64,000 nucleotides of DNA from a virus. The DNA is taken from IMG/VR virus record IMGVR_UViG_3300048442_000818, positions 9,831-73,830 of that record, one strand, 5' to 3'. Shown here one piece after another: positions 29,033 to 38,618 of the stretch (position 1 is the stretch's first letter; every line of letters starts with the position of its first letter). The notes under the pieces were generated by a model, which made no database searches, was not told where the DNA came from, and saw only the letters and a list, made by a program, of their open reading frames with translations. Position numbers and translations under genes: made by a program.

Positions 29033-30898
29033 CTACTCAATCATAAACCCTCCAGGCATATGCCGCATCATACTATTTAATCGTTCTGTGCGGGTAGGCT
29101 CTTCACGGGTTTCCACTTCTTCTGGTTGTGTCACTGTTCTTGTTGGCATTAACGTGTCACTAGAAGCAGCACCTTGCTGTAGCGTCCTAAGTCTCTGTTC
29201 TGCAATATCAAGTTGAGCTTTAGCCTGCCTCACTGAACCAGCTAAACCAGGACGGCTTCGGGCTGCATTTACCAGAGTTTGGTATTCTTGATAAACCGCA
29301 TTGTACTGCTGTTGGGCAGCTTCTACCTGCTGACTGATTGCTGCAACAGTCTCGTTGGCATCTTGGACTTGTGGTCCAGCACCTTGAAGATATCGATCAA
29401 TTTGTTCAGAAAAACGCTCATCATTTATTCTTCGATCATTGCCAAGGTTGGGGGTCCGTCCTGTGATAGCTTGCCCTATTCCACCAAGACCTATTTCACC
29501 AAGAAATCCCAAACGACCAATATAATCGAGTACACCACCAATACCAGTTTCTGTTGGCATACCGCTGTTAAGTAACATTCTACCAATTTCTTTAGGTGGT
29601 ATTTGACCACCATTTTCCTGATAAACTCTATTAATAGTTCTTTCTAGGAATTCTCCTGAAGTACCAGCAAAAGGACTATTTTCACCTGATAATTGTTGTG
29701 CAACATCATAAGGTGAAGCTGTATCAGGTAGTTCATCCAAAATAGGTGCAGAAAAGTTACCTGTTCTAATTTGGTTTTCTGAAACACGTTCATTCAGTCT
29801 ACGCTGTAGAGCAGAAGTCCCGAGGTTATTAGCAATGGTTTGCTGTTGTTTTTGTTGGCTCCAATCATCGACGTTACCTGGACCAGCGTTATAGGCAGCC
29901 AAGGCTTTATCAACGTCCCCATCGTAGCGTTCAAGCATAGCACCCAGGTAATCACGTCCTACCCGTGCAAGCTCTTCTGGTGAGTTGTTTTCAGCCGGTC
30001 TGACGCCATAACCGGGATCTGTAGCAGTAGCAGGCATGACTTGCATCTCGCCTTGGGCACGCTCACCAGTACGGGTAACTGGACCCTGAATTAAACTACC
30101 ATCAGGGTTATATCGACGGTTACCTGATTCTTGTTGTAGTACATGAGGTACCAAAGCTTCTAGTTTTTCTTGGTTACTTTTACCAGATAAATCACCAGCA
30201 GCTTGTGTAATATTAGCCACATAGTTACGAGTTTCCTCAAAGGGGATACTTTGAACGAAACTGGAACCAACGGGGGAAGTTGCAGGGTTAGAGCCACCAG
30301 AAGCTGCACTGGAACCAGAAGAACCAGTAACCGGACCCATTACGTTTCCATAACCGTTACCTTCCAGAAGGGCGGTAATACGGTTAGCTTGACTTGGGGT
30401 GTACTGACCAGATTGAAGACCTTGAGCGATGATGGCATTGGCTGCTTCAGCATTAGGCGCTCTCTGGACAATATCCATATAAGCAGCTTCAGCCGCAGCA
30501 TTTGTTTCATTAGCCTTACGCTCACGATCACGAGTGTATTGGGTCCAATCCTGATTTGATTGTGTAATATCACGTTGATCTTGAGCAGTAGCACGCTGTA
30601 GCAACGTATCAGCACGGCGATCCGTTGACCGTAGTGCTTCAAGTGAAGCTCTGTTATTTAGACCATCAACTAGTGATCCATTCTGTAGTGCTGCTCTATA
30701 GGCTTCTGGATCCTGAATAGAATTAGCACGTTGAATCAAAGCACGATCTGCTGCATCAGTTTGAGCACCGGTATAAGTATCAACACCACTTTGGGCACTG
30801 GATACAGCACGATTTAATAGATCAGCCGCAGTACGAGTACCGTAAATAGCTGACCCAAAACTGGGTGCTGAAACATTACGCCACGTTAGAGTAGCCAT
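29033..30898 (-). CDS. Virion ejection protein with lytic transglycosylase domain (N4 gp51-like)
   Basis: MATLTWRNV start; QES, G-MQVMP-TA, ALAAYNAGPG, ETRNYV motifs. Confidence 0.85.
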   Translation of the reverse strand: MATLTWRNVSAPSFGSAIYGTRTAADLLNRAVSSAQSGVDTYTGAQTDAADRALIQRANSIQDPEAYRAALQNGSLVDGLNNRASLEALRSTDRRADTLLQRATAQDQRDITQSNQDWTQYTRDRERKANETNAAAEAAYMDIVQRAPNAEAANAIIAQGLQSGQYTPSQANRITALLEGNGYGNVMGPVTGSSGSSAASGGSNPATSPVGSSFVQSIPFEETRNYVANITQAAGDLSGKSNQEKLEALVPHVLQQESGNRRYNPDGSLIQGPVTRTGERAQGEMQVMPATATDPGYGVRPAENNSPEELARVGRDYLGAMLERYDGDVDKALAAYNAGPGNVDDWSQQKQQQTIANNLGTSALQRRLNERVSENQIRTGNFSAPILDELPDTASPYDVAQQLSGENSPFAGTSGEFLERTINRVYQENGGQIPPKEIGRMLLNSGMPTETGIGGVLDYIGRLGFLGEIGLGGIGQAITGRTPNLGNDRRINDERFSEQIDRYLQGAGPQVQDANETVAAISQQVEAAQQQYNAVYQEYQTLVNAARSRPGLAGSVRQAKAQLDIAEQRLRTLQQGAASSDTLMPTRTVTQPEEVETREEPTRTERLNSMMRHMPGGFMIE

Positions 30899-30908
30899 TT
30901 ACGTCTCC

Positions 30909-31301
30909 TTATCGACGTAGACGATTCTGGTCGATGTATTGTTGGGTTTGCTCGGCAGACTGGCCTTCCATTGCACCACGGGCACGGGCACGATCTTCTA
31001 GGGTAGTGTTGTAAGATTTGATCTGATTAGCCAAATTAGTATTAGTTACATCTTTGGTGTAATCCAATTGATCACGGGCAATTTTGTTAGCTTGCCATGC
31101 ACCCCAAAGATTACCAATAGTACCTAGACCATCTAGGCCCATTTTAAAAGTGGGGGCATTTAAGCCAAATTCAAAACCTCCGTTTTGACCCATCTGATTA
31201 CCATTAAACAAGTTACCTTTATTTTGTTGTTGCATAGCTTGATTAACAGCACTCATCGGCACATTACCGAAACCTTGAATAGTTAGAAAATCTTCATTCA
31301 T
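30909..31301 (-). CDS. Small virion/ejection protein (N4 gp52-like)
   Basis: Size, synteny, N--NQIKSYNT-LEDR-R-R motif. Confidence 0.75.
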   Translation of the reverse strand: MNEDFLTIQGFGNVPMSAVNQAMQQQNKGNLFNGNQMGQNGGFEFGLNAPTFKMGLDGLGTIGNLWGAWQANKIARDQLDYTKDVTNTNLANQIKSYNTTLEDRARARGAMEGQSAEQTQQYIDQNRLRR

Positions 31302-31311
31302 GATCCAACTC

Positions 31312-34008
31312 CTAGATAGTTGGTAATTCTGAGTTGATGGTGATATCGGTGAAGTTGGTGAGTAGGGATATACTCATATCCGCAACGTCACTCCCCACCA
31401 TCATGGTACGTTCTAAAAACGAGGCAGCAGGCTCATTAAAACTACCACGAATGTCGGTAAGGATTGTAGGGTCGAAAATACCAGGACCATATCCAATATT
31501 TTTAGCATAGAGTTCCTCTAGTTGTTTAGATTGTCTCTCATACTCATATTGAATTTCTTGGGATTCCTGAAGAGTTTCGCTGGCTTCAGCCGACATATAA
31601 TCAGCATACCCATTACCCACTGAACTCATGATACTCATAATACTATCAGCACGCATCATATTAGCGTAACTGGTTGCCAGATTCCCACCATTAGCAAGTG
31701 AAGTACCAACCCGCATTGCAATCACAGAAGCTACAGCAGCGACAATAGCACCTATCTTTTCACCAAATAGTGCTACAGCCCCAGCTTGGATGATCCTCAT
31801 TAGAACCATGGCAGCAATAGCATTAGCAACAGCACCCACCACAATAGCCGCCATGCCCGTAAACCCTAATGAAGCACCAACGCCAGCAGCCGTACCTAAT
31901 AGACCTGCACCTAAACCACCCGTGTAAACAGCAACAACAACAGCAACTACAATAAGAACTACTTTAAAGATACCTCTTTCATACCACCGCTGTTTAACAA
32001 TCTCATAGCTATTAAATACCATGAAACAACAAGCAGTAGACATTTGAGTAGCATCTTTAAGACTCATTTCTTTATAGATACCTTCATGAATAGGAATAAT
32101 AAAGCCTGATTCATCATTATCACGTAAAGCATCTTCAGCATATGTAGTCACATATTTACGACCATATACTCGATTATAGTGAACTAATCCATTTATTTCT
32201 AAACGTCTCCAAGTGTTTTCTGTTACTTGGTGATTTAGGTAAATTGCTGTTACTGAGTCGTATACTTCAATACCATAGTTAGGAATACCTGATGTATTTA
32301 ATTCTAAGGTTCTTTGTGTAAAATCTCTTGTTGGTCCAATTTCAAACCAAAATTCATCTTCCTCAGCATCAGGTTTAAGCAATCCTGTACCAAATTCTTC
32401 AGTAATAAAGTTCCATCGAATATCCATATCATAACGGAGAATTGGTAAATTATCCGCTGCAATGCTTAACCTGTTATTGGGCATTTCAGGATAAGGTAAT
32501 CTTTCTGGTTCTGGCTCCACAGAACTAAATCGACCTCTGCTTTTTTGATTTCCACGCCAAGTGAGCCATTCTTCCCAAGATTGATCAGCCGCTTCCCAGC
32601 GATCAACCCAAGATAAATGATCAGCTTTATTTGTTAATCTTGGGTCATTCATAATTGATTCAAAGAATCTATAAATATATTTTCTACAAGCCTGTTCTTC
32701 AACATTAAGTGATACACCGAATACAGCAAAGGCATAATCGATATCTTCTAATGAATCATTGTCTGCAATGATGGATTGCAAATCACTATAGTCAGCACCG
32801 GTTGCTTTTTGTAGTGCTCTTTTAGCACGAGGATAAATAGAATTAGGCCACCGACGAGACACAAACTGATTATCTACCCGCATAGGTATAAAGGGTAAGA
32901 ATGAACCACTATGCTCAGTCGGGATATCAAATAATGCATCTAATTCAGCATTACTAGAGTCTTTACCATAAATGAATACTTGAGTTGGGCCTGCGGAATA
33001 GTAAGTAGTAGTCTGTGAATCAATTCTATAAGATTTATCTAAGACTAACGTATCTGTCACAGTAGTTGTAGTAGTTGTTTTGGTAACACCACCACCTACA
33101 TCTTCTTCTTCTGTAGTTACGGTTGTTTCTTGGGTAATGGATCCAGTTTGGTCTAAATACATAGTTTCATTTTTAGTTTCAATAGTATCAGTTAGACCGT
33201 CATTATCTACTGGAGTACTCTTTAACCAAATTTCATGAATAATATCGTAAGTTTGATTATCTGTGGTTGTTTGCTCATCAGTAGTGCCAGGGGAACCATC
33301 CGAGTAAGTAACTTCGGTTGTCACCACAGTATCTAAATCAACTGATTCAGTTGAATTTGTGTCACTATCAAAAGTCCAATCTGTAGTGTCAGGGAAAGGA
33401 TCACTTGGATTTAGGTCAACAGTATCACCCGGAACCAAAGGGCCTACGATATTTTCTTCTGTTACATAATACGTTGAATACAAATATTGGTTATAGGGAT
33501 CAAAACCAACGGGAGAAAAAGAAATAGGAGTATGGGATTCATCATCCCAAGTGATTGTAATTGTGTTGGTATCCCCATTAATATCTGAGGTATACGGAGT
33601 ACTACGTAATAGTGGATAATTTTCCGCTATATATTGATCAGCCCACATACCAAAATCGGCTGAACCAGTATAAGCAGATTGCACTACAACACTGCTTCCG
33701 CTGTTGTGGGGGATTTCTTCTTTAAGTACGGTAGTATCAATTGAGTCACCTACTCTAATTGAACCAGAACGAATACCCACAGCATTTGAGTATCCACTTG
33801 TTCTGGCCCAACGAGCGAAGTTACGTAGCTTTATACCCGGTCCTTGGATATAACTGTCAGTGATGGTGTTACCCAGAGATTCACTCCCTGTAATAACACC
33901 ACCAATAACAGTAGTTTTTAAATAATCAGGTCTACCTGATTCTGGTCCTGCAAGGTTATAAACCACAGAACCAACAAAAACTTTTTTCTTACTACCAAAA
34001 ATACTCAC
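31312..34008 (-). CDS. Virion structural protein (N4 gp53-like)
   Basis: Synteny; hydrophobic Gly/Ala-rich segments near C-terminus. Confidence 0.75.
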   Translation of the reverse strand: MSIFGSKKKVFVGSVVYNLAGPESGRPDYLKTTVIGGVITGSESLGNTITDSYIQGPGIKLRNFARWARTSGYSNAVGIRSGSIRVGDSIDTTVLKEEIPHNSGSSVVVQSAYTGSADFGMWADQYIAENYPLLRSTPYTSDINGDTNTITITWDDESHTPISFSPVGFDPYNQYLYSTYYVTEENIVGPLVPGDTVDLNPSDPFPDTTDWTFDSDTNSTESVDLDTVVTTEVTYSDGSPGTTDEQTTTDNQTYDIIHEIWLKSTPVDNDGLTDTIETKNETMYLDQTGSITQETTVTTEEEDVGGGVTKTTTTTTVTDTLVLDKSYRIDSQTTTYYSAGPTQVFIYGKDSSNAELDALFDIPTEHSGSFLPFIPMRVDNQFVSRRWPNSIYPRAKRALQKATGADYSDLQSIIADNDSLEDIDYAFAVFGVSLNVEEQACRKYIYRFFESIMNDPRLTNKADHLSWVDRWEAADQSWEEWLTWRGNQKSRGRFSSVEPEPERLPYPEMPNNRLSIAADNLPILRYDMDIRWNFITEEFGTGLLKPDAEEDEFWFEIGPTRDFTQRTLELNTSGIPNYGIEVYDSVTAIYLNHQVTENTWRRLEINGLVHYNRVYGRKYVTTYAEDALRDNDESGFIIPIHEGIYKEMSLKDATQMSTACCFMVFNSYEIVKQRWYERGIFKVVLIVVAVVVAVYTGGLGAGLLGTAAGVGASLGFTGMAAIVVGAVANAIAAMVLMRIIQAGAVALFGEKIGAIVAAVASVIAMRVGTSLANGGNLATSYANMMRADSIMSIMSSVGNGYADYMSAEASETLQESQEIQYEYERQSKQLEELYAKNIGYGPGIFDPTILTDIRGSFNEPAASFLERTMMVGSDVADMSISLLTNFTDITINSELPTI

Positions 34009-34010
34009 GA

Positions 34011-34850
34011 TTATACTTCCAAATCGTTGTTTGATTTAATCTTACCTAAGATTTCATCAACACTAGCATTTTCAAAGTTTGGTGGCGGTAACAGACCTTC
34101 ATCGATGGTTTTCTGGGTAATCCAGGCGTCAGTGAATAGCTTAGCAGCTTTGATTTCATCGTTGCGCTGGTAACTGGTAATTTGTTGCGTATACAGGTCT
34201 TTCTGCTTACCTAACACACCAGCAACTGATCCACCATCAGTACGGGTATCACTGGTTTGAGCACGTTGAGCTTCTGTCTGCTCAGTTACCATGAGAAGCT
34301 GCTGAGGCAGCATACTATCAATATTAAATTGACCGGCTGCGTAGGTAACATCTTCAGTTGCTAGTTTTAATTTAGTTAGCGCAAAATTAGCTTTATTAAC
34401 TAACGCTTCAAGATGTAAAGAAGCATACTGCACTTTAGCTGTTTCAAGTTGAACTCTTGCAGTAATTGCTTGAGCTTGAGCTTGTACAGCTTGCCAATAG
34501 GAAGCATCTCTACCAAGCAAAAATTGAACAGCATTACTCATTGCACCTTGAGTTAGCTGAATAAATGCTTTGGTATACTCACCACCCGAAATACGACCCT
34601 TCTCGTATTCAATTTTAAGGTGGGCTGCAAAACCAGACATTAATGCATCAAAGGTACCTGCCCCGTTAACTTCACGAGTTGTTAGATCTTCATTGGTTAC
34701 CTTAATGATGGGTTGGTACATCTCTGAATCTGTACCACCAGGGATCTGGAATTCAGGACCAGAGAAATCGATATCAGGGATACTGACATCTTCCCCAGCC
34801 AGTAAAGCGGCTAGGAGTTCATTTGCTGATACATCGCCACCATATGTCAT
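34011..34850 (-). CDS. Virion structural protein (N4 gp54-like)
   Basis: G-FD-LM, G-I-G-EY, G-LGKQKDLY-QQI-SY motifs; synteny. Confidence 0.75.
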   Translation of the reverse strand: MTYGGDVSANELLAALLAGEDVSIPDIDFSGPEFQIPGGTDSEMYQPIIKVTNEDLTTREVNGAGTFDALMSGFAAHLKIEYEKGRISGGEYTKAFIQLTQGAMSNAVQFLLGRDASYWQAVQAQAQAITARVQLETAKVQYASLHLEALVNKANFALTKLKLATEDVTYAAGQFNIDSMLPQQLLMVTEQTEAQRAQTSDTRTDGGSVAGVLGKQKDLYTQQITSYQRNDEIKAAKLFTDAWITQKTIDEGLLPPPNFENASVDEILGKIKSNNDLEV

Positions 34851-34876
34851 GGGGATTCCTTCACTCTTTGTAGTTC

Positions 34877-34916
34877 AAATACACAAACGGCCCTACAGAT
34901 TATATCTGAGGGCCGT
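34877..34916 (-). terminator. Probable terminator
   Basis: ACGGCCCT-CAGAT/ATCTG-AGGGCCGT stem followed by T-rich run on minus strand. Confidence 0.5.
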
Positions 34917-34940
34917 CCACGTTACCGCTTACTATGACCT

Positions 34941-35633
34941 TTAATTCAAACTACCAGCAGCGGTTTGTGCAGAGGCCAGTTTTTCAAGTTCCTCTTTGGT
35001 CAGAGGAGGTAAAACCTCAAGAGCAAATTCCTGTGCCCAACTCTGCTCAACTTTGATTTGGTTGTTATTACGACGATCCTTGAAGGTACGGATATTCAAG
35101 AATTTACGGGACTTCAGGTTTTTGTAAATACAATATGGTACATGGTAACCGTTTTCAGTTACTTCACCAAAGGGCACAAATTTACGTACAGTACCCATAT
35201 ACTCATTTGCAACAGTGATAATTTCACCCGGAAGATCCTTTTTCTTTGGATCCAGGTTAGTAATTCGTAGCCGTACTAGCTTTAGATTTTCTTCAGCTAG
35301 TTTTTGTCGAAGCGTTTTACGCTTCTTTTTCGGTGCTGGGGTGGATACCTCGGGATCTTCCATTGAAGGTACGTTAGTGCCTCCACCCGATTGAGTAGTA
35401 TTGCCCTGATCTTTATCACCGGACATTTTAGCTTGAATACGTTCTTTAAGCGTTTCAATGCCGATATTATTGGAAAATTCAACACCCATCATACGAGCAC
35501 GTTGTTTGAGCAAGGAAAGCTCATCAACACTATCATCGTTACTGTTTTGGGTTTGTTCCTTTGCTTGTTTGGTTTTATCTTCTTCTTTCATTTCAGCTTG
35601 CTCATTAGTATTGAGATTCTGATCTTCACTCAT
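34941..35633 (-). CDS. Conserved protein (N4 gp55-like)
   Basis: LKQRA-MMG--FSNNIG-ETL, LVRLRIT-L-P-K; ATG 35633 with SD AGGA. Confidence 0.75.
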   Translation of the reverse strand: MSEDQNLNTNEQAEMKEEDKTKQAKEQTQNSNDDSVDELSLLKQRARMMGVEFSNNIGIETLKERIQAKMSGDKDQGNTTQSGGGTNVPSMEDPEVSTPAPKKKRKTLRQKLAEENLKLVRLRITNLDPKKKDLPGEIITVANEYMGTVRKFVPFGEVTENGYHVPYCIYKNLKSRKFLNIRTFKDRRNNNQIKVEQSWAQEFALEVLPPLTKEELEKLASAQTAAGSLN

Positions 35634-35665
35634 GGTCTTATTCCTTAGGTTCAGAATGGATTGAA

Positions 35666-35689
35666 CCAAGGGGAGCGAACTCCCCCTGG
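35666..35689 (-). promoter_or_regulatory. UUCG-capped hairpin after major capsid gene (stabiliser/attenuator)
   Basis: CCAGGGGGAG-TTCG-CTCCCCTTGG on minus strand. Confidence 0.55.
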
Positions 35690-35701
35690 ATCAGTTGCCC
35701 A

Positions 35702-36931
35702 TTATACCGGGGCGACGGTTTTGATTAGACCAATACGCTCAGGGCGCTTAACCAGGATACCGTAGTACCACTTGATGGAACTGAAGCCAGTTTCACCATA
35801 TGGATCATTACGGTCAGCGGTTTCACGACCCGGCATTTTAGTCAGTACGTTGAACTTCACAGTTTTACCATCAGTTTGGAAGCCGATGGTGGTGAAGCTG
35901 TCATCGCCCACAACCAAAATGGGGAATACATCATAGCGCTCAGTACCGCCAACGGTAGAAGAACGATAACCAGGGTTATCATCTACTTCAGCGCCAACGC
36001 CAGCCCAATGAAGCATCTCAGGAACCTGAACAAAACGGAAAGCATCAATAGAGCCAATCTCACCGTTAAGGATATTACCGGCATCAGCGTAGTGTTGAAC
36101 TTCAACAAACGCTTTATTACCGAACAGATCCTGCATTTCTTTCAGCAGAGGTACCAACTCAGAACCCACATAAGCTACCCGGCCAGCCGGAATAACTTTG
36201 GTATCGATCATCCGTGAACCAGTGATGATCTTGGTTTGCTTCGGAGTCCGGTTGTCAGTCAGGATTTGATCCAGACGCATAAGGTTCCGGTAGCTAACCA
36301 GAGAAGCCGGTACAACCGCATTTGGATCGGTATCATCTTCTTCACCGGTAACCTCATCATCGCTGGTGGCAGCACCAGCATAGAGGGTTACACCAGCACT
36401 GGAGAGCAGGTCTTTCTGGAGTACAGCTTCAGTAAGCTGAACTGCACCATTCATCAATTCCCGGCTCAGGTGGTCCTTCAGGCTGTCATCAGAATCAAAA
36501 TCCATAGATTCTTGGGTGAACTCATAGAAGAAACCAAACTTATGGATGGAACCTTCACGAGTTAGACGAGTGAAACCAATCCGGTTTACTCGGCCACCGT
36601 TCTCAGTAAGAGTCGGCAGTTTAGAGGTAATGGTGCCCACATCACGACTGGAACCATAGAGGTTACCATCAGCGATACTAACACCGTTTGCATCGATACC
36701 TTGATCGTTGATGTTACGATCATCAAGCAGAGGCACATACTCGTAAACCTTGATGGTTTTACCGTAGTGCTTCGGCATATTGGTAACACTCGCTAGAGGC
36801 ATAAAATACTGCTCTTTGCGAGATTCGATGATGGACTTCTTCAGGTAGAAGAAGGTGTTCATTTGATCAGAACCGTCACCATCAACGGTGGACTTCTGAC
36901 CATCAATCGGAGCGTTATAGTTAAGAGTCAT
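35702..36931 (-). CDS. Major capsid protein (N4 gp56-like)
   Basis: [37 protein letters not shown] motifs. Confidence 0.93.
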   Translation of the reverse strand: MTLNYNAPIDGQKSTVDGDGSDQMNTFFYLKKSIIESRKEQYFMPLASVTNMPKHYGKTIKVYEYVPLLDDRNINDQGIDANGVSIADGNLYGSSRDVGTITSKLPTLTENGGRVNRIGFTRLTREGSIHKFGFFYEFTQESMDFDSDDSLKDHLSRELMNGAVQLTEAVLQKDLLSSAGVTLYAGAATSDDEVTGEEDDTDPNAVVPASLVSYRNLMRLDQILTDNRTPKQTKIITGSRMIDTKVIPAGRVAYVGSELVPLLKEMQDLFGNKAFVEVQHYADAGNILNGEIGSIDAFRFVQVPEMLHWAGVGAEVDDNPGYRSSTVGGTERYDVFPILVVGDDSFTTIGFQTDGKTVKFNVLTKMPGRETADRNDPYGETGFSSIKWYYGILVKRPERIGLIKTVAPV

Positions 36932-36942
36932 GACCTAATTCC

Positions 36943-38247
36943 TTAAAGGCGATCTGCCATTTTTTTGAGAAACTCGTCATCTGACATTGCCAGAGGATTA
37001 ACGATTTTCTCGGCTTTTTGGGTTGTACTGCGCGTTGCAGACGCTGCACTCGCTTTATCTCCATTCTTTACTTGCGGTTTAGGCTGCTGAACTCTGGTAG
37101 CAACAGGAGTCTTTTCTGGAACTGGATCCTGTTGTTGTACCTGTTTTTGGGGGTTATTTTGAACCAGATCGGCAAAAGCGCCTGCTTGATTCATTTCATC
37201 CCCTACAGCTTTATACGCCGTAATGAACGATGTTTGAGCGGGAATAGCCCCAAGAGCTTTACGGCGTTCAACCTCATTAGCGATACGTTCATAGATACCG
37301 TTTTCGCGTTGAGAGTGGATTACCGACATTAACTCAGGTGACTTCCACAACACTTCCTTACTGGCTTGATCCCATTGGGAATTGATCGTTTGAAGAGTTT
37401 CCGTACCGCTTGGATTAGATCTAAGATCTTCCAATGCATTAACGAATGCAGCCTCTTCATCCGACACCCTGTGATTGCCTTCTCGGTAAGTCGGTTCTTG
37501 ATTGGTATCGATATCCATAGGATCGATACCGGCCTCTTTGATGAGCTTTTTAATGGCTTCAGGGTTCTTCTTATCCAAATCAATTAGATAAGACAGTTTA
37601 CCTTCATCCAGTAGCTCATTATTTTCCAGCATGAGCAGAACTTTTCGATACGGCGTAATAGCCTGCATCTTTTTGGTGTAGTTAGCACCCATCTGCATCA
37701 ACTGAATTGCCTCTTCAGGCGAATTAAGTTGGATGGTTTTTCCATTTGCTTTTAATGGAGCCATCACTTGTTTGTAGAAAGCTTCATAATCTGGAGCTTC
37801 CTCTTTTTTATCCTTGTCTTCCTTTTCTTTACTTTCTGGATCCTTATCCTGTTCCTCTTTGGATTTAGGATCAGGATCTTGTTTGTCAGGATCTTTATCG
37901 TCCTTTTTATCTTTGGGGTCAACCCCATCATCCTCTTTTTTAGAGGTGTCTTTAGGATCAACTACACTATCATCATCTTTAGGGTCAGTGTTAGCTGGAT
38001 CATCTTCATCACTTACAGTACCAGCTTCATGCTCAGGATCTTTATTTGGATCCTCTTCAGGATCTACCTCAGGCGGATCATCCTGGATTTTATCGGGATC
38101 TGGGTCATCATCAGTATTGGTATTATCTGGATCTGGAGTTACCTCACCAGGATCCTCCCCACCCGCCGAAGCAGGTGGGGAGTTCATGGTCAGGAACTCA
38201 TCATCAGACATACCTAAGATGTCTTGATCTTCGTTCCTGGTACCCAT
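36943..38247 (-). CDS. N4 gp57-like protein (probable scaffold; often labelled tape measure)
   Basis: MSDDEF at both ends, acidic low-complexity N-half, KANGK...LMQMGANYT-KM. Confidence 0.75.
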   Translation of the reverse strand: MGTRNEDQDILGMSDDEFLTMNSPPASAGGEDPGEVTPDPDNTNTDDDPDPDKIQDDPPEVDPEEDPNKDPEHEAGTVSDEDDPANTDPKDDDSVVDPKDTSKKEDDGVDPKDKKDDKDPDKQDPDPKSKEEQDKDPESKEKEDKDKKEEAPDYEAFYKQVMAPLKANGKTIQLNSPEEAIQLMQMGANYTKKMQAITPYRKVLLMLENNELLDEGKLSYLIDLDKKNPEAIKKLIKEAGIDPMDIDTNQEPTYREGNHRVSDEEAAFVNALEDLRSNPSGTETLQTINSQWDQASKEVLWKSPELMSVIHSQRENGIYERIANEVERRKALGAIPAQTSFITAYKAVGDEMNQAGAFADLVQNNPQKQVQQQDPVPEKTPVATRVQQPKPQVKNGDKASAASATRSTTQKAEKIVNPLAMSDDEFLKKMADRL

Positions 38248-38579
38248 TATTCACCCTCCTCCTGTCGAGCAGCTTCAATCTCATACTCAAGACCTTGAAT
38301 GCTGCTTTCTGCTTGATTACCTAGAGTAACAACTACAGACAGGTAACGACGGAGATGACCAGCAGCTTGAGCAAGAGCAATGGCATCGGCACGTTCACGA
38401 TCACCCAGGTTAGGATCAGCACTGGTTTGGGCGTAACGAGCACACTCATTAACACAGAATTCTTCGAGAATTAGTTTCTTAAACTCTCGGTTACTATGGA
38501 GTTTAAGAGCCATTTCACGACGATTCATCAGTTGCTTGGCTTCTTCAAGTTGCTTTTCGAGTGCAAAGACTTCAGACAT
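38247..38579 (-). CDS. Conserved protein (N4 gp58-like)
   Basis: Synteny between portal and gp57; N-EFKKLI motif. Confidence 0.7.
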   Translation of the reverse strand: MSEVFALEKQLEEAKQLMNRREMALKLHSNREFKKLILEEFCVNECARYAQTSADPNLGDRERADAIALAQAAGHLRRYLSVVVTLGNQAESSIQGLEYEIEAARQEEGE

Positions 38580-38618
38580 GGCTGGTTGGTCCTTTTAGGT
38601 CCAGTTAATTAATACAGG

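Noticed and set aside
37764-38324. Several overlapping alternative-frame and antisense ORFs
   Set aside because: Shadows of the low-complexity Asp/Pro/Lys region of the gp57-like gene
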